Counted from the first letter of the stretch, positions 48,679 to 64,000 are shown. The stretch: DNA of 64,000 nt from Eledone cirrhosa (GCA_964016885.1 OZ024743.1:63860001-63924000); one strand, 5' to 3'. Translations and numbers: made by a program. Notes: a model not told the origin generated them from the sequence alone.

Positions 48679-50990
48679 ATGTGTCAATAATTGTCACAAG
48701 TGTAGTGTTTGTACCAGAGTTTTCAAGTCGCTGGCTGGACTAAAACGTCACACTCGTTCAGTGCTTCAGTAGGGGTTCTCCTACATGGATATAAAGTAGT
48801 GGCTGTACTCGAAAACGAGTTGGCAGCCACCATGTGTGTATGTATATATATGTATGTGTGTGTATATGTATGTATATGTGTATGTATGTATATGTGTTTG
48901 TGTGTGTATGTATGTATGTGTGTATGTATGTATATATGTATGTGTGTGTATGTATGTATGTATATGTGTATGTATGTGTATACGTGTGTGTGTATATCAG
49001 TTTTCACCCATCCTACAATGATTTACCTGAGATATCTGTCTATCAGATAGTTTGCCCCACCCCAGACCACAGAAGGTATATGTCAACCCAGACTTCAAAT
49101 TTCTCACATTCATTGAAGCTAGACATGGATGACTGATTAAAGGATTTGCTACCTCACAATTTTAGATATACATACTTTATACAACAGTTAAAAAAGCACT
49201 CAATACATTAGTAAAATAAGTTTGATTACTTTGAATAAATAATTGTTTCTACTTTTGGCACAAGGCCAGCAATTATCCCAGCCTATTACTGGTACTTTAT
49301 TTTATCGACCCCGTAAGGATGAAAGGCAAAGTTAACCTTGGCGGGATTTGAACTCAGAATGGCAAGCGTCAAAGCACGGCATCCGACCCTCTACCGATAC
49401 TGCCAATCCACCGCTAATATTCATTATGTAATTCATTACTTTGAATAAATAATGAATGAATATTACATAATTTATCTACTAAATTTCGTGGCTGTTGATT
49501 AAATATACTTTGTTTATTTATAGATTCATTTCTTTAAAATTTCTGAAATGTCAACACTTCTGGTTGGCGATCGCTTGAATAAACATACTAATTTTCTGTC
49601 ACTAATTTTTTTCTAATGCAGTTTATATATAATATCGTCTTTTTTAAATGTATCATGGATTACTTTACTGATTACATAAAACAGTGTAACGCAGTCTTCG
49701 TTCAATTTCTGTGTATATTGTCAATTACGATTTTATTTGATGTATCATATCTACATGTATATATACTTGCATATAATATCAATATACACACTACACATGC
49801 TAGCAGAAAACCACCTGAAGGGTGGTTTTTCTGCTAGTATATATAACGGTTAATGGTAACAGCATAAATCAACCAAGGAAAATATGTCACATTCTTTCAT
49901 TTGACATTCCAGTCTCTGTGAAGCGTAAAGACTCGGGTGGATATTACTTTAGGGGTTCAAACAAAATTGCAAGTGTGTTACCCCCAAAGGATAGCGAGGA
50001 GGAGGTACTGAAAATGGTCAGTCCAGCTCATGGGCTTGATCTTGTGGATGGCCATCTCCAGCTTATTTGTAGTAAATAGGGAACTGGTTTGGTGACTCAG
50101 GACACAAGGTGGTTCTACCCTTATGCGGCTTGTTCCAGCCATACCCATCCAAATCCCCCAAATTAGGGACCTGGTTCAGATATCCAGGACCCTAGATATT
50201 TCTACTGTTATGGGGCTTGTTCCAGTCATATTCAACCAAACTCCTGAAATTAGGGACCTGGTTCAGGTATCCAGGAGCCCAGGTATTTCTACTGTTATAG
50301 GGCTTGTTCCAGCCATATCCAACCAAACTCCTGAAATTAGGGACCTGATTCAGGTATCCAGGACCCCAGGTTTTTCTACTGTTATGGGGTTTGTTCCAGC
50401 CATATTCAACCAAACTCCTGAAATTAGAACCCTGGTTCAGGTATCCAGGACACCAGGTTTTTGACATCAGCTGGTACTTGGACATATGATATTACAGAAC
50501 AGTATATACGTCATACATCTTGTTGATATACCAGAACATTCTAGTATATCAAATTTAACACCATAACAAACAGAAAGATTGTTTAGTCATCAACATCACC
50601 ATCATCAACATAGTCATCACCATCATTATCATCATCATCATCACTAACATCATCATGTTGGTGACATTACAAAAGGTGCTCAGCCCACACTGTAAAGTGG
50701 TTATGTTGGTGACATGACAAAAGGTTCCCAGCCCACACTGTAAAGTGGTCATGTAGGTGCCATGACAAAACATGCCCAGCCCACACTGTAAAGTGGTCGT
50801 GTTTGTGACATGACAAAAAGCGTCCAGTCACACTGTTAAGAAGGGTATTCAGTTGTAGAAACCAAACCCAAATCAGATCTGTATGAACAAAACACAGTCA
50901 TCCGACCTGGCTTGTCTTACAATGGGACAGCTTGTCTAACCCATGCTAGCATGGAAAATAAATGTTAAACAGTGATGGTGATGATGATAA

Positions 50991-51039
<49 letters not shown>

Positions 51040-51667
51040 TATCCCGAGTTCAATTGGGGGTAACCACAGTAAGTAAGGTACTCAATACATAACAGAATAT
51101 AAATATTTAAGATAGAAATGGCTTCTACAGGACTAGAACTGTTTCATTCAGAAGAAATCAGCAGGTTGATTTCTTCCAAATGAAACAGTTCTAGTCTTGT
51201 AGAAGCCATCATCTGTCTAACACACGTGGACATGCCTACAGAGTCAGAAAACAGCACAGCTTCAATGACTTTCGGAAACATTTTTTCAGGCTTAGAGTTG
51301 CTGAAGCATGGAACAAACTGCCTGCGTCAGTTGTTAGCTGCCGAGACACTGCATCTTTTAAAACCCTCATGCTTCCCGAAATTCGCCAAAACTACATCTG
51401 ACGTCCCCCTTCCATACACATGCACACGTGTATATCATGACTCATGCACTGTTCATTTTCCTGACGTTTGTACATTACCCTATGTACTATACATACACTT
51501 TTTGATGAGTTGTAGTGCACCTGAGCACTGTACACAATATTTTCATTATTATTATTATTATTATTTTATTATAAATATATATATATATATAGTGAAAAAT
51601 GGAACGGGAACAAAACAGAGAGGCAGTACAAACAAAGGTTTATATGTTTTATTTATTTGTGTTGATG

Positions 51668-51773
<106 letters not shown>

Positions 51774-53506
51774 TATATACATATATATATGCACATATAT
51801 ATACATACACATACATATATATATATATCACCATCATCACAAATAAATAAAACATATAATGGCTAAATGGCCTTAGCTATATTTAATGTTATATATATAT
51901 ATATAAATCAGAATGGATTCAGTTTGAAACTGGTTAGACCATTACTCAACAGAGTACTTGATACTTGGAGTAGTAGAGTATGGTTATATTAAAAAGAGTT
52001 GGAACCCCAACAGCTGAGTGCTTGCTGTTTCAAAACTAGTTCCTGACTATTTATAATATATATGTGTGTGTGTGCGTGTGTGTGCGTGTGTGTGTGTAGA
52101 TCCCATTTCTATATTATATACATAATGTGGTTAGTGTTAGGAAAGGAATCCAGCTGTAAAAATCCCAGCCAAATTTACAGTTCCATACGAACAAGGTATG
52201 GTGCGGCCAACTGGTTAGATTTATTTCATGTCATGGGTGACTCGTCTAACCCATGCAAGCATGGAAAATGAATATTAAATGGTGATGATGATGATGATGA
52301 TATATATATATATATATATATATGTTTCCATGCTTGCATTGGTTAGATGGTTCACCCATGTCATGAGACAAGTCTGGCCAGTTGATTGCACACACACACA
52401 CACACACACATACACAAACACATATATATATAAATATCTATATATATATAGTAATAATAATAAATTTGAAGACTAAAATCCAAAGAGGGCTCGATAAGGA
52501 TAAATATATATCAAATATATATCAAATATATATCAAATATATATCAAACATATATCAAATATAAGCGATTCTTTGCTTAAACTTTAATCTGTTATTTTAA
52601 TAAATATATATATATATATATATTGGTAAACGGAAAAGAAAATGCTGACAAATTGTTCACAGTGAAAAAAGGTAGAATTTCCAAAACTAATCAGATCAGA
52701 GCAAACATCACGGACGCTCTATCTCAAAATTATTTTTGAAAAGCATTAGAAATGCGCAACCGGTAAAACTTAAAACCAAAACTGAATACTAACCAATACT
52801 ATTACTAATTCTCACTTATTCCTAATTAAACTATTTTTCACTGTGCACAATTTGTCAGCATTTTCTTTTCCATTTACCAATATATCATAACTTGTGTGTT
52901 ACACCTCTATTCTTTTAAATATATATATATATATATATAAATGAAAGGCATAGAAAACATTGTAGCAAAAAGCCAACATATGTCCCAAGGCTCTGATACC
53001 ATCAACACTATACACACAGAGCTGGCATATCTAAGAACTGACTAACTGCCTGATGAGGTCATAGCCATTCAATGGCTATCATCGAAATATATATAGCAGT
53101 AAATAAAGGATTATGAGTTCATGCAATTGACTTATGTTTCGTCACTATATATATATATATATATATATAGTCCTATACGAGCAGAACAACAATCTTGCAT
53201 CAAGTGGGAAAACTCCCGTCTAAACCCATGCAAGCGTGGAAGATGGACGTTAAACGATGATGATGATGATGATGATGATGATATATATGCAGAGACAGAC
53301 AGACATAAACACACACACACACACACCCCAATATTGTATAATTCTAAACTTCTGGGGTCAATGATATGATCAAAATAATCCTTTCAAAACAGTTCCCTAG
53401 CATTTCTGTAGTGCAATAACTGAAACTAACATCACCATCATCAAAATAATATAATATAAAATATTTTTTTAAATAGTTGAATGTTAGCCCTAAGGAAATC
53501 ACTTAC

Positions 53507-53528
53507 CTATAAAATATATTGACTTCAT
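53507..53528 (-). CDS. Duplicated copy of the putative first coding exon
   Basis: Identical to 37882-37903 including the gtaagt donor. Confidence 0.5.
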
Positions 53529-54663
53529 TTTTCTATAATTTTTGGGGTGTATATATTTATAACTTTTTTCTTTTATGTTCTTCTTGTTGTTTTTGTTCTT
53601 ATTTTCTGTCAGTGACTGTGTGTATATAAAATATAGTGATGTATAATATAATATAAATCCTTCTGATACAAAAAACACCTGAATATAAAATCTCCCTGGT
53701 TCTCTGATACAACACTGTGACTGTTTATTTTAAATGAGTTTATATTTTACATGTAAAAAGCTTGCATTCAAAGTACCAGTAATGTACTGAGTAATTGCTG
53801 GCCTTGTGCCAAAAGTAGAAACAATTATTTTATGTGACAACTAATGTTCCAAACAGCAGCTTAATAATGGGAAATGTTACAAAAATCTTTTCAAATCCTT
53901 GATTATTTTTTCAAAATAAATTGAAAAGTCATAGACAATGTTTATCAGTGTGAAGTAGTGATTGTATGTGGTAAGTTGTGATAAAGGGTATCTCTTGATT
54001 GTAGTGGTGGTAGTAGTAGGGGTGGTGATGGCAATAGTGGTGGCAGTATCTATGAAGGTGGTGGTGGTGGCAGTATTTATGAAGGTGGTGGTGTTGGCAG
54101 TATTTTTGAAGGTGGCGGTGGTGTTGGCAGTATTTATGAAGATGGTGGTGGTGGCAGTATTTATGAAGGTGGTGGTGGTGGCAGTATTTATGAAGGAGGT
54201 GGTGGTGGCAGTATTTTTGAAGGTGGTGGTGGTGTTGGCAGTATTTATGAAGGTGGTGGTGGTGGCAGTATTTATGAAGGTGGTGGTGTTGGCAGTATTT
54301 ATGAAGGTGGTGGTGGTGGCAGTATTTATGAAGGTGGTGGTGGTGGCAGTATTTATGAAGGTGGTGGTGGTGGCTGTATTTATGAAGGTGGTGGTGGTGG
54401 TGGTGTTGGCAGTATTTATGAAGATGGTGGTGGTGGCAGTTGAATGTGATGGTGATGTGGTGTTGCTGTTACTGATATTGGTTCAGGTGGTAATGTTGGT
54501 GATAGCAGTCCTGGTGATAGTGGTAGTGGTAGTGATAGCAGTCCTGGTATTAGTGGTAGTGATGGTGATAGCAGTTCTGGTGGTAGTGGTAGTGATGGTG
54601 ATAGCAGTGGTAGTGGTGGTAGTCTGGTTGTTGTTGTTGTTGTTGGTGGTGGTGGTGTTGTTG

Positions 54664-54695
<32 letters not shown>

Positions 54696-54925
54696 GGTGG
54701 TGGTGGTGGTGGTGGTGGTGGTGGTGGTGCTGTTGGTGGTAGTGGTAGTGGTGTTGGTGGTGGTGGTGGTGGTGGTGGTGGCAGTGGTGGTGGTAGGGGT
54801 GTTATAGGTGTTGATGGTGGGTGGTGTTCTCAGAGTTATTGTTACAGACTATTTTACTGTCAGCCTCACCTCAAGGCAGTGGTCAGTTTACTTCACACAC
54901 TGTTCACTACTAATACTACTACTAT

Positions 54926-54965
<40 letters not shown>

Positions 54966-55128
54966 GCGGCTGCTGCTGCCACTGCTACTACTACTACAAC
55001 TATTACTTCTATTACCATTACCACTACTACTTCTACTACCACCACCACCACCACCAACACTACTATTACTACTACTACTACACATATACATGCATGCATA
55101 CATTCATATATATATATATATACATACA

Positions 55129-55201
<73 letters not shown>

Positions 55202-56524
55202 ATATATATACATATGTATATAAATACATACATATGTACATACATACACTAATACATACACACTCACATACATACATGCATACATAAATACATACATGTA
55301 CATATATATATTTGTTTATGCATTAGGCTAATTTTATCAGACTGTTCTTCAAACTTGTAAATTTAATATATATCATCATCATCATCATCAAGGTTTAGCG
55401 TCCGTGTTCCACGCTTGCATGGGTTTGGACGGGGGTTTTCCCACTTGAGGCAAGAGTGGTTGTCCTGCTCGCATAGGACTGTCTGGCAGGTTTTCTACAG
55501 CTGGATGCCCTTCCTAACACCAACCACATTTACAGTGTGGGGCTGGGAGGTTTTTACCGTGTTGCCTACACGGCCACATTTACAGCGTGGACTGTCTGGC
55601 GGGTTTTCTACAGCTGGATGCCCTTCCTAACACCAACCACATTTACAGTGTGGGGCTGGGAGGTTTTTACCGTGTTGCCTACACGGCCACATTTACAGCG
55701 TGGACTGTGTGTTTTTTTTGTCGTGACACCTACACAATCTCATTTGTTTCGGCCTAGAAATATATATATATATATGTATATATATATTTCGTTTCTGAAT
55801 TTGTTTAGCAAGATTCTTTATCTGAAAACGTGTGTTGAAACCGATATTGTTATGCTTTGGGAGGGTCATGTTGCTAATAAGAAACACACGCACCAGTTGC
55901 TTTCACTCCAATTTATTATAAATTAAATTTATAAATTTCCAGTTGGTTGGTTGGTTCCATAACCGGACGGTTGTTCATATATTGTCAAAGTTCTTTCGTC
56001 ACACATTCTGTGACCTCTTCAGTGACCAGGGATTCTTTTCTTTGTTTTTGTGCCTCTCCTTTGTTCTGTCCTACGCCATCTTGTTTTTGTGTGTTTTATG
56101 TGCTTAGTTTGCGCATGTGTTACATCCAGGTGTCTGTGTGTGTTTATATTTGTTTATTTATTTGTTTATTTACATGTTACTGGTTGGTTGTTTGTTCTAT
56201 GTACGTCAATACTCATCTCTTTCCATTTATCTGAGGGTTTGAACTAGTGTCATAAAAGTCTGTACACTAGTGATGTATGAACTATTTGACTTTGAAAAAC
56301 ATTGATTTTACCATTGAGCATCAATATTCTCTGCTCCTTTGTGTGACTATGATATATCATTCGTTACATTCAAACATTCTTTGTAAAAATGCATTACTTG
56401 GTTTATGCTCAAACAAACAGTAACAAACAAAATTAAGAGTTTTAAGCAGAGGAATGCACGGTCTACTGGCAAGTAGCTTTGCTACAATATCCCTTGTTTA
56501 GACCAGAAGGGTGAAAAATAAGAA

Positions 56525-56580
<56 letters not shown>

Positions 56581-56590
<10 letters not shown>

Positions 56591-56920
56591 AGATCAAAAG
56601 ATGGTTAAAAGAGTTCCATGTATTTTATTATGCGCATTTCAAAAACAAATATCATCATGCAATAACATTTGTGTTTTCATCAGATAAAATAGGAAGACAT
56701 GATATGAAGGTTAAAAAACACTTGTGGATAGTGCAATTTTAAATCAATATATGTTGATTTAAAACTGCACTATCCACAAGTGTTTTTTAACCTTCATATC
56801 ATGTCTTCCTATTTTATCTGATGAAAACATAAATGTTATTGCATGATGATATTTGTTTTTGAAATGCGCATAATAAAATACATGGAACTCTTTTAACCAT
56901 CTTTTGATCTTATATATTAT
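56581..56920. repeat. 340-bp near-perfect palindrome with a hammerhead on each strand (56621-56691 minus, 56810-56880 plus)
   Basis: Arms are reverse complements with about 3 mismatches, centre near 56750; adjacent to (TA)n. Confidence 0.92.
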
Positions 56921-57003
56921 GTATACTCCAGTCCTACAAACTGTAGAGTGCTTCTTATCCGATATCTGCATTGCTTTATTGTACTACAATAAAACTCACC
57001 TCC

Positions 57004-57113
<110 letters not shown>

Positions 57114-57877
57114 CGAGTAGGACCCCGACGGCTGAGCTCAAGCCGTTTCGACGGCTAATTCTGGACTAAATGAACATTTTTATCCTGGTATATGAATAGC
57201 CAAGCTTCTCAGGGGGTTATTTCATATATGGTAGAAGTGATTGTCACAAGGATTGGTCAAAAGTTTGTTGTTGAGACACATAATTCTATCATGGTAATTT
57301 GTGGAAGGAAGGGGTAGCTGAACCTGCCAGTACTACACACATACTAGATGAATACATACACATACACACATATATAAATATACCCACATGCACTCATAGA
57401 CACGTACACACATATATATATACACTCACATACACATATGGACACACACATATACAGATATATACACGCATAAACTTACAAACAAGCAAACACACACATA
57501 CATAAATATGAACACACACATATGTAAACATACATACACATACACACACATAAACATGTACATAGACACACCCACTCATAAACACACAATACACATGCAC
57601 CCCTCCCCCACAGATGTGCACACTCCACACACATCCGCCCACACACGTGTATCCCCCCCACTCACACACAAGGTGACAATGAAAGAACATAGAAACAAGG
57701 TATAACAAAAATACAATTTGTGTGTATATACATATATGTGTATGTGTATATGTGTATGCGTGTATATGTATGTATCTGTGTGTGTATGTGTGTATGTGTA
57801 TGTGTATGTATGTGTATGTATGTGTATATGTATGTGTATATGTATGTGTATGTGTGTATGTGTATATGTGTATGTGT

Positions 57878-58788
57878 ATGACAGCAGGTAGTTTCCGAGA
57901 AAAATCACATGAAAACAAAAGTATGGAAACACAAACGGCACAAAAAAATATTGAACAAGAAAAAAACACAACTTCACAAATGAACTCTACAACCACAAAT
58001 CAAGCAATTGAGAACAACAAAAACAACAACGACAACAACAACAACAACAACAACAGCAACCATAAAAAATCTTTTGCCCCAATAAGCAAAGGAACTTTTA
58101 CAAATATTGATATTTCCAATGCGAAGGAAATGATCAATGATGGAAAAAATATTTTACCTTCGAGGAAAAAGGGGGATTTAAAGTAACCTCTCCGCCACAA
58201 ATCAAAGCCGACACAATGCGAAGGACTGTGATTTTTAGCACGATTTCGAACACACAAAAAAAGCTGGCTTTCCTTACTCAAAGCGAAATTGAAATCGTCT
58301 TGAAAGAGGCAATGCCACACATACAATTCATACAAAGGGCTAAACTATATGGAAGCATTTCGGTGCTCTTCAAAAGTGAGGCCCTTGCAAAAAAATGTGA
58401 TCCCGGTCACCTCTGCCACACACCTTTTTCCCTACATACATGGGAAAAAGAACACAAAAAATAAACATTTTAAACATACCACCCAACATTAACATCTGGT
58501 GGATTCTGGCAGGGTTCTTGGAGGAGGATGAAGACACAATACTGTCGATTCAAAAATCCACAAGAAACACCTGGAACGGCACAAGCTTGGAAATTTTGGT
58601 CCAAATGAAACCGGACAGAATTTCCAAGATATCAGAAAGAGTGCCAGTAGACAATACAAACTATATACACATTTCGGCAGAAGGAGTGTGGTCACATTGT
58701 TTTAAATGCGCAAGCACATCGCATTTAAAGGCCTCCTGTCCCCTCTTATCCCCCCCCCCCCCAAAGTACTTTTACCAACACTAACACC

Positions 58789-58860
<72 letters not shown>

Positions 58861-61800
58861 CACAAAACAAGCAAACACACACAAACAAACAACTGCTCAA
58901 CCACAAACAACAGAAAAAACACAAACAATTCCCCTGAAAAACACAGTCAACCCCATCCCACTCCATCCAACACTACCACAATCACACATTCAAACACACC
59001 ATCACCACACAACATACCCCTCTCCCACGCCCCTGATGACGATTCATCGTCAGACGAGGCTACTTCTCCATCCCCAAGTGAAGATGAAGGAGAGCCTCGG
59101 AAATAAAACAAACAAAAAAAAAAGAGACACCGCAAAGCCACAAAAACAACAATCACCAACACGAACACACAACCACCAACACAAACAACAAAACAAACAC
59201 ACCACAATCAACATAAACCCTACCAGCAAAACAAACACCAACACCACCCAAACACAAATGCCCACCATAAAAAGAAAACTACAAAACAACAAACCAAAAC
59301 AACACAACAAAACAACAAACAACAATACACATACATTAATACAAACAACAAAAACCTAATGGAGGTCATCTCCCAAGACCCAACAATAGAAACTGAGGGG
59401 AAAACTTTTGTCAAGGCAGACTCTCAACGACACCTAAAACTGATAAGGGTTTCGATAGAAACCTATCAGAAATTAAAAGAATAATTTTCACTGGACGTTG
59501 GCAACTCCTGTCAAAAGCCCATTAACCACGTTCTATTAAAATGTTTCCCCACCCCACTCAACACCCCTACCAGCACCCAAATGGAGATTTAACAACCCGA
59601 TCTCCAGGAAACGAAAAGATAAGTGCATCTTTCCGTCCTTTTTCGCCAACTCTTCTCTTCCAACATGGCTAATTTACTAGTTGGAAGTGTGAATGTGCGT
59701 GGCCTAGGGATGTCCTGGAAACAGGGCCAACTTTTAAACGACCTTAGGTCACACGGTATGGATGTGATAGCCATCACCGAGTCCAGGATCCACAACAGGC
59801 AGCAACTAACCCCCATCTTCAATGACTTTGAGATCTACGCATCTCTCTGTCAGCCAGGGGGTGGAGGGGGAGTGGCTGTCATGTTTCGGAAAAACCTGGA
59901 CCTCGAAATACAGCAAGTACACTTGGATCCGGAGGGTAGACTGGTAGTCCTAGACGTGAACAGTCTTGGAGGTGGAGCCTTCAGACTTGTGGCCGTTTAT
60001 ACCCCGACTGGGCAATCACGGCCAGACTTCTTTAAGCGTCTAGAGTTTTTCTGGGAACGTCTCGTTCCTTGCTTTTAGTGGGGTACTGGAATGGCATACT
60101 AGACGCACGATGGGATTATGTAGGATCATATCCCAGTAGAGGAGGGGGGGGGGGGGGGCAACAGCCTCAAAAATTTAATCGGCCAATTCCAACTGGCCGA
60201 TAGGTATCGACTAGATTTCCAGACTGCACCACAGTGGACGTGGACAAACCTCAGCGGGACATCTAGATCGTATTTAGACAGGTTCTTTATTAGAGAGAGA
60301 GACAAGAAGATGTTAAGCTGTCCACAAGTGCATATGGTTGCCTATTCAGACCACAAACTAGTCATCTGCATAGTCAACCGTGATAGAATACATAGACAAG
60401 GACCTGGATACTGGAAGCTGAACGTGCCACTACCGACATGTAAAGTCTACAGTGAACGGATAAGTAGATTAGTTAACCAACAATTGACGGGATCCATCGT
60501 CAACAACAGATGGTGGTACTCTCCCAAGAAAGCAATTAGAGTAGAGTCGATAGACTTTAGCAGAGAGTTAGCCTTAGAGAGAAACAAAACAGAAACGGAA
60601 CTAGTAGCCAAGGTAGAGGAGGCGCTTCGGAGTGGCAACGTAGCTAGAGTGCTAGCAACGAGAACGGCACTGGACCAGTTCTTCGACGCGAAACACGAAT
60701 GCTGCGTGGTCAGAAGCAAATCACGTGCTCCAGGAAACGAGGGAGCGAAAGCTGTTAGCTGGGCCTGAGTGGCAGAGACGAAAAGTGGCAACAAGTGGCA
60801 ACAAGTCCACGATTCGGTCTTTGAAAGACCAAAAACGGACGCGTGCTACTTGACCCCAAGCGGATGTGTGCAGCCTTTCAGTGGCACTTTGCGCAACTGT
60901 TCGGGCAGAGTGGCGGTGCATCGAACGGGGCAATGGACTTCGGTTCATACCTCGACGGCCTGCCGCGTCCCTCGAGCATGGACCCCGAGTTCTGTGAAAG
61001 ACCGCTCACAGCCACTCAGATACCGGACGCTGCGGGAAACGAAAATCACCCGGTCTAGATGGTCTACCCTATGAGTTTTACATAGGCATGCCGGACTTGT
61101 TCTCTGGCGTCCTCGAGGCCGTCTACTGCAACTGGCAGCAGAACGGGAGAATTCTCAGTTCTGCAGGCAGGGGTGTAGTAACGCTCATCAGGAAAGACGG
61201 GAACAAGGGGGACGAACTAAGCAACTTTAGGCCCATAACTCTGCTCAACACAGAGTTAAAGATTTTGGCCAAGGTGTTGGCAACGAGGTTGGTGCTTGTC
61301 GTCGAGAACCTGGTAGAGAAAGCGCAAATGTGTGTAATCCCGACTAGGTCCATACACGACAACCTCCACCTCATGCGATACATCATAAAGAGAGTGGGGT
61401 GTAAACTCGGCTTCGGTGGGGCCCTTATCAATTTAGATCAGTCTAAGGCGTTCGATAGGGTCGACCATCGATACTTGGAAGCGGTTCTCAAGGCGGCCGG
61501 TTTCGGACCCGTCTTCAGAGTCTGGATCGCCGCAATGCACACCGACATCTGCTCGATGGTCAAGGTGAACAGACGGACCGGTGAAATTGCTCGGGGTCTA
61601 GTTCGGTCCGGACCTCACGGCCAAGGTATTTGTGCACACCCAGAAGTGGGCAGAGTGCAAACTATCCTTGAAAGGTCGAGCGGAGGTGGCGAACAATTTT
61701 CTCGCGTCTGTCATCTACTTCCGCTTGACCGTCGTGCCTTGTCCCCGTGAACACCTCACCAAGATGGAACGCATGCTCTTCCAGTTCCTTTGGAAGAAGC

Positions 61801-63012
61801 AGGCTCCACTGGTGAGGAGATCCGTCTGCTGCTAACACCCTTCTAACGGAGGGCTCGGAAGCCATGGCTGATGATGTGCAAGCATGCGCTGAGGGTACGG
61901 CATCTACAGGTATTCCTCACCGACCCCCAACCGGTGTGGGCACCGTTTGTGAGACGCCTTCCCGTAACTTGTCTCGCTGACGGAGCTGCAGTCCTGGGTC
62001 AAGAGGAGACCGAAGAAGATGGGCGCCTGGCACATTGAATGCGCTCAGGCGCTCACAGTCCTCTGTCAAGTGGGCACGACAATCAGTGGAGACTCCACTT
62101 CAACATTCTATAGAGGGTTAGTATGTCACAAGGGCGACAACGTGCTCGGAGAGACTCTAGGCGTTGAGGATGAAGAACTCCCCAGTCTGTTTAGTAAGAC
62201 TTTCCGCCCGGGACCTATGGACAACTCCCAGAAGTCCGTGGCCTGGCAGTGCTACCGAGGAGCTCTACCAGTTCGTGACAAGATCTACAGGCACGGACGT
62301 CCCGACAGGGATCCTTCCAAGAGGACGTGTCCAAGATGCGGGCAGGACATCAAAACCGTCCTGCACGCAATTGTACACTGCTCGGGCGTAACCGACATGT
62401 GGAACTACGCAGAACAACTGCTGTCGCGTATGGGACAAATCCAGTTGACAGCCGAGTCCATAGTAAGGATCAAACCGCCAACTTCTTTCAAAAACGAAAG
62501 AGAGGCGGTTTTCCTCTGTACAGTGGCTATGGTGAAAGAGGTTATATGGTGGACGAGATTGAGAGGACTGAGGACAGATGCCTTTCTCTCCGGACAACAA
62601 CTCATTCCCTTCTTTAGATACCACTTTAGAAGGAGAATCAGAGTGGAGAGAGAGGCACTGTACCCCTGTAAATTTACTGAAAAGTAGGTGAATGTGGCAA
62701 AAATGGCCCGAGTGATTGGGCCTTCTCTGTATATAAACCTGTAGGTTGAAGAAAAGAGCAAAGGAAAGAAAGGAGCACTTGCACAACACGCTCCTGGAGT
62801 TGAGGGTTGTTATATCGACGAGGTATTAAACAACCCATTTGTGGCGCCTCTTCCCTATTGGGGATTTCGATTGTTATATTTGTTTGTTTCATATTTTTAC
62901 ACGATTGTATGTAAAATACCCGGCATGTCTTTGTTTTGTCCCCTTTTCTTGTGCGCCCTTGTGGCTAATAAAGAAATCTATCTATCTATCTATCTATCTA
63001 TTTATTTATCTA
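57878..63012 (+). mobile_element. Decayed L1/Tx1-clade LINE with intact 3' end
   Basis: Same motifs as 44010-48678; AATAAA at 62967 followed by a (TCTA)n tail. Confidence 0.93.
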
Positions 63013-63247
63013 TATAAATCTAGCTGTCGTCTGTTCTACAGTGTGGATGTCATTCACTTCGCACAGAAGTTTTGTTCAAATTTATTGAGGAAATTTTGTG
63101 AGTTCAAACTTAATTTTGATACAATTGTGTAGCTTGACCCTCCGTCTGAACTGTCAGGCGGTGGGTCAGCTCATCTTTACCCCTCCTAGAGGTGAAAAAC
63201 CTGTTTTAAAAAATTTTGTGTAAAAAAATTTCAATCGTCTAACAGAA

Positions 63248-64000
63248 ATGTTAAACGCAGCGAACGAAAATAGTGGTGGGGGGACAGCGGTAAGAGTTGT
63301 AAGCTCGCACGCTTTAGTCCTCCCTTCCTTCCCAACTAACGTCATAGAGAAGGAAGGAAAAATTAAAATAAAAACAGACGAATCTGCGGAGAAAAAATTA
63401 AATGACGAAAACACAAATCTGGACTTGGATTCCAACAACGAAAAAAAAAAATTTGAAAAATTGCATGACAATACTAATAACACAAACAAAGACACAACAA
63501 ACACAAAAATAACAGTTGAAAATAACACCATATCAGAAAACAAAGCAGACGACAAGATTTCATTTGCACAGAAAACAAAGAAATCTTTGACTTATATAGC
63601 GGAAAACATTTCAGATGTGGTACGAAGGATCACGGACGCCAAACAATACATAAGTGAAGGAGAGAATGGTATTTTATCCGTAAAAATGCCTCAAGAATTC
63701 ACGAAAGACATTGAAAGCCGAACGGTCAAGTTTCGGACCATCAACAACAGTACAAAAAAACCTGAACAGCCTTCTCAAGCAGATATCAAAACAGTACTCA
63801 CAGAAGTACTTAATGAAACCACTTTCATAAGAAAAGACAGACTGTATGGAAGCCTAGCAATTATCATGAAGAACGAATCGGCGGCAAAAAAATGTGCTTT
63901 GTCACCGATTCGTTCGAAAAATTTCACCTTTTATCCATCTTATATGGGGAAAAGAACGCAACGCATATGGCTGGATGCAATGATGCCAGATGTGGACTAC
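63248..64000 (+). mobile_element. ORF1 of a second, divergent L1/Tx1 element; open to the window end and not in the ORF track
   Basis: 251 stop-free codons from the ATG at 63248; RKDRLYGSLAIIMKNESAAKKC...YMGKRTQRI aligns with QRAKLYGSISVLFKSEALAKKC...MGKRTQKI of the upstream ORF1. Confidence 0.85.

Overview
Repeat-dense, AT-rich animal DNA with no prokaryotic features. The SINE/RTE repertoire and (TA)n density suggest a cephalopod (octopus-like) genome; this is inference. Most of the window is retroelement debris: RTE-clade LINEs with a PHD-type finger inside the RT, L1/Tx1 LINEs, a Penelope-like element (RT + GIY-YIG) bounded by 138-bp inverted repeats, CR1 and CRE 3' fragments, a Gypsy-type LTR with PBS, two tRNA-derived SINE families, a non-autonomous Helitron, a mariner relic and many micro/minisatellites. 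A direct tandem duplication spans 33113-48678 and 48679-62575. Two things are invisible in the ORF track. (1) A frame-consistent 4-exon minus-strand host gene (37903->5756) encoding a 206-aa signal peptide + Ser/Thr-rich + hydrophobic-tail (GPI-like) protein, whose first coding exon is duplicated. (2) About ten unrelated families of type I hammerhead ribozyme motifs, mostly next to (TA)n, several built into fold-back palindromes or a ~405-bp tandem retrozyme-like unit. All calls were made by eye; no database searches or folding computations were run.
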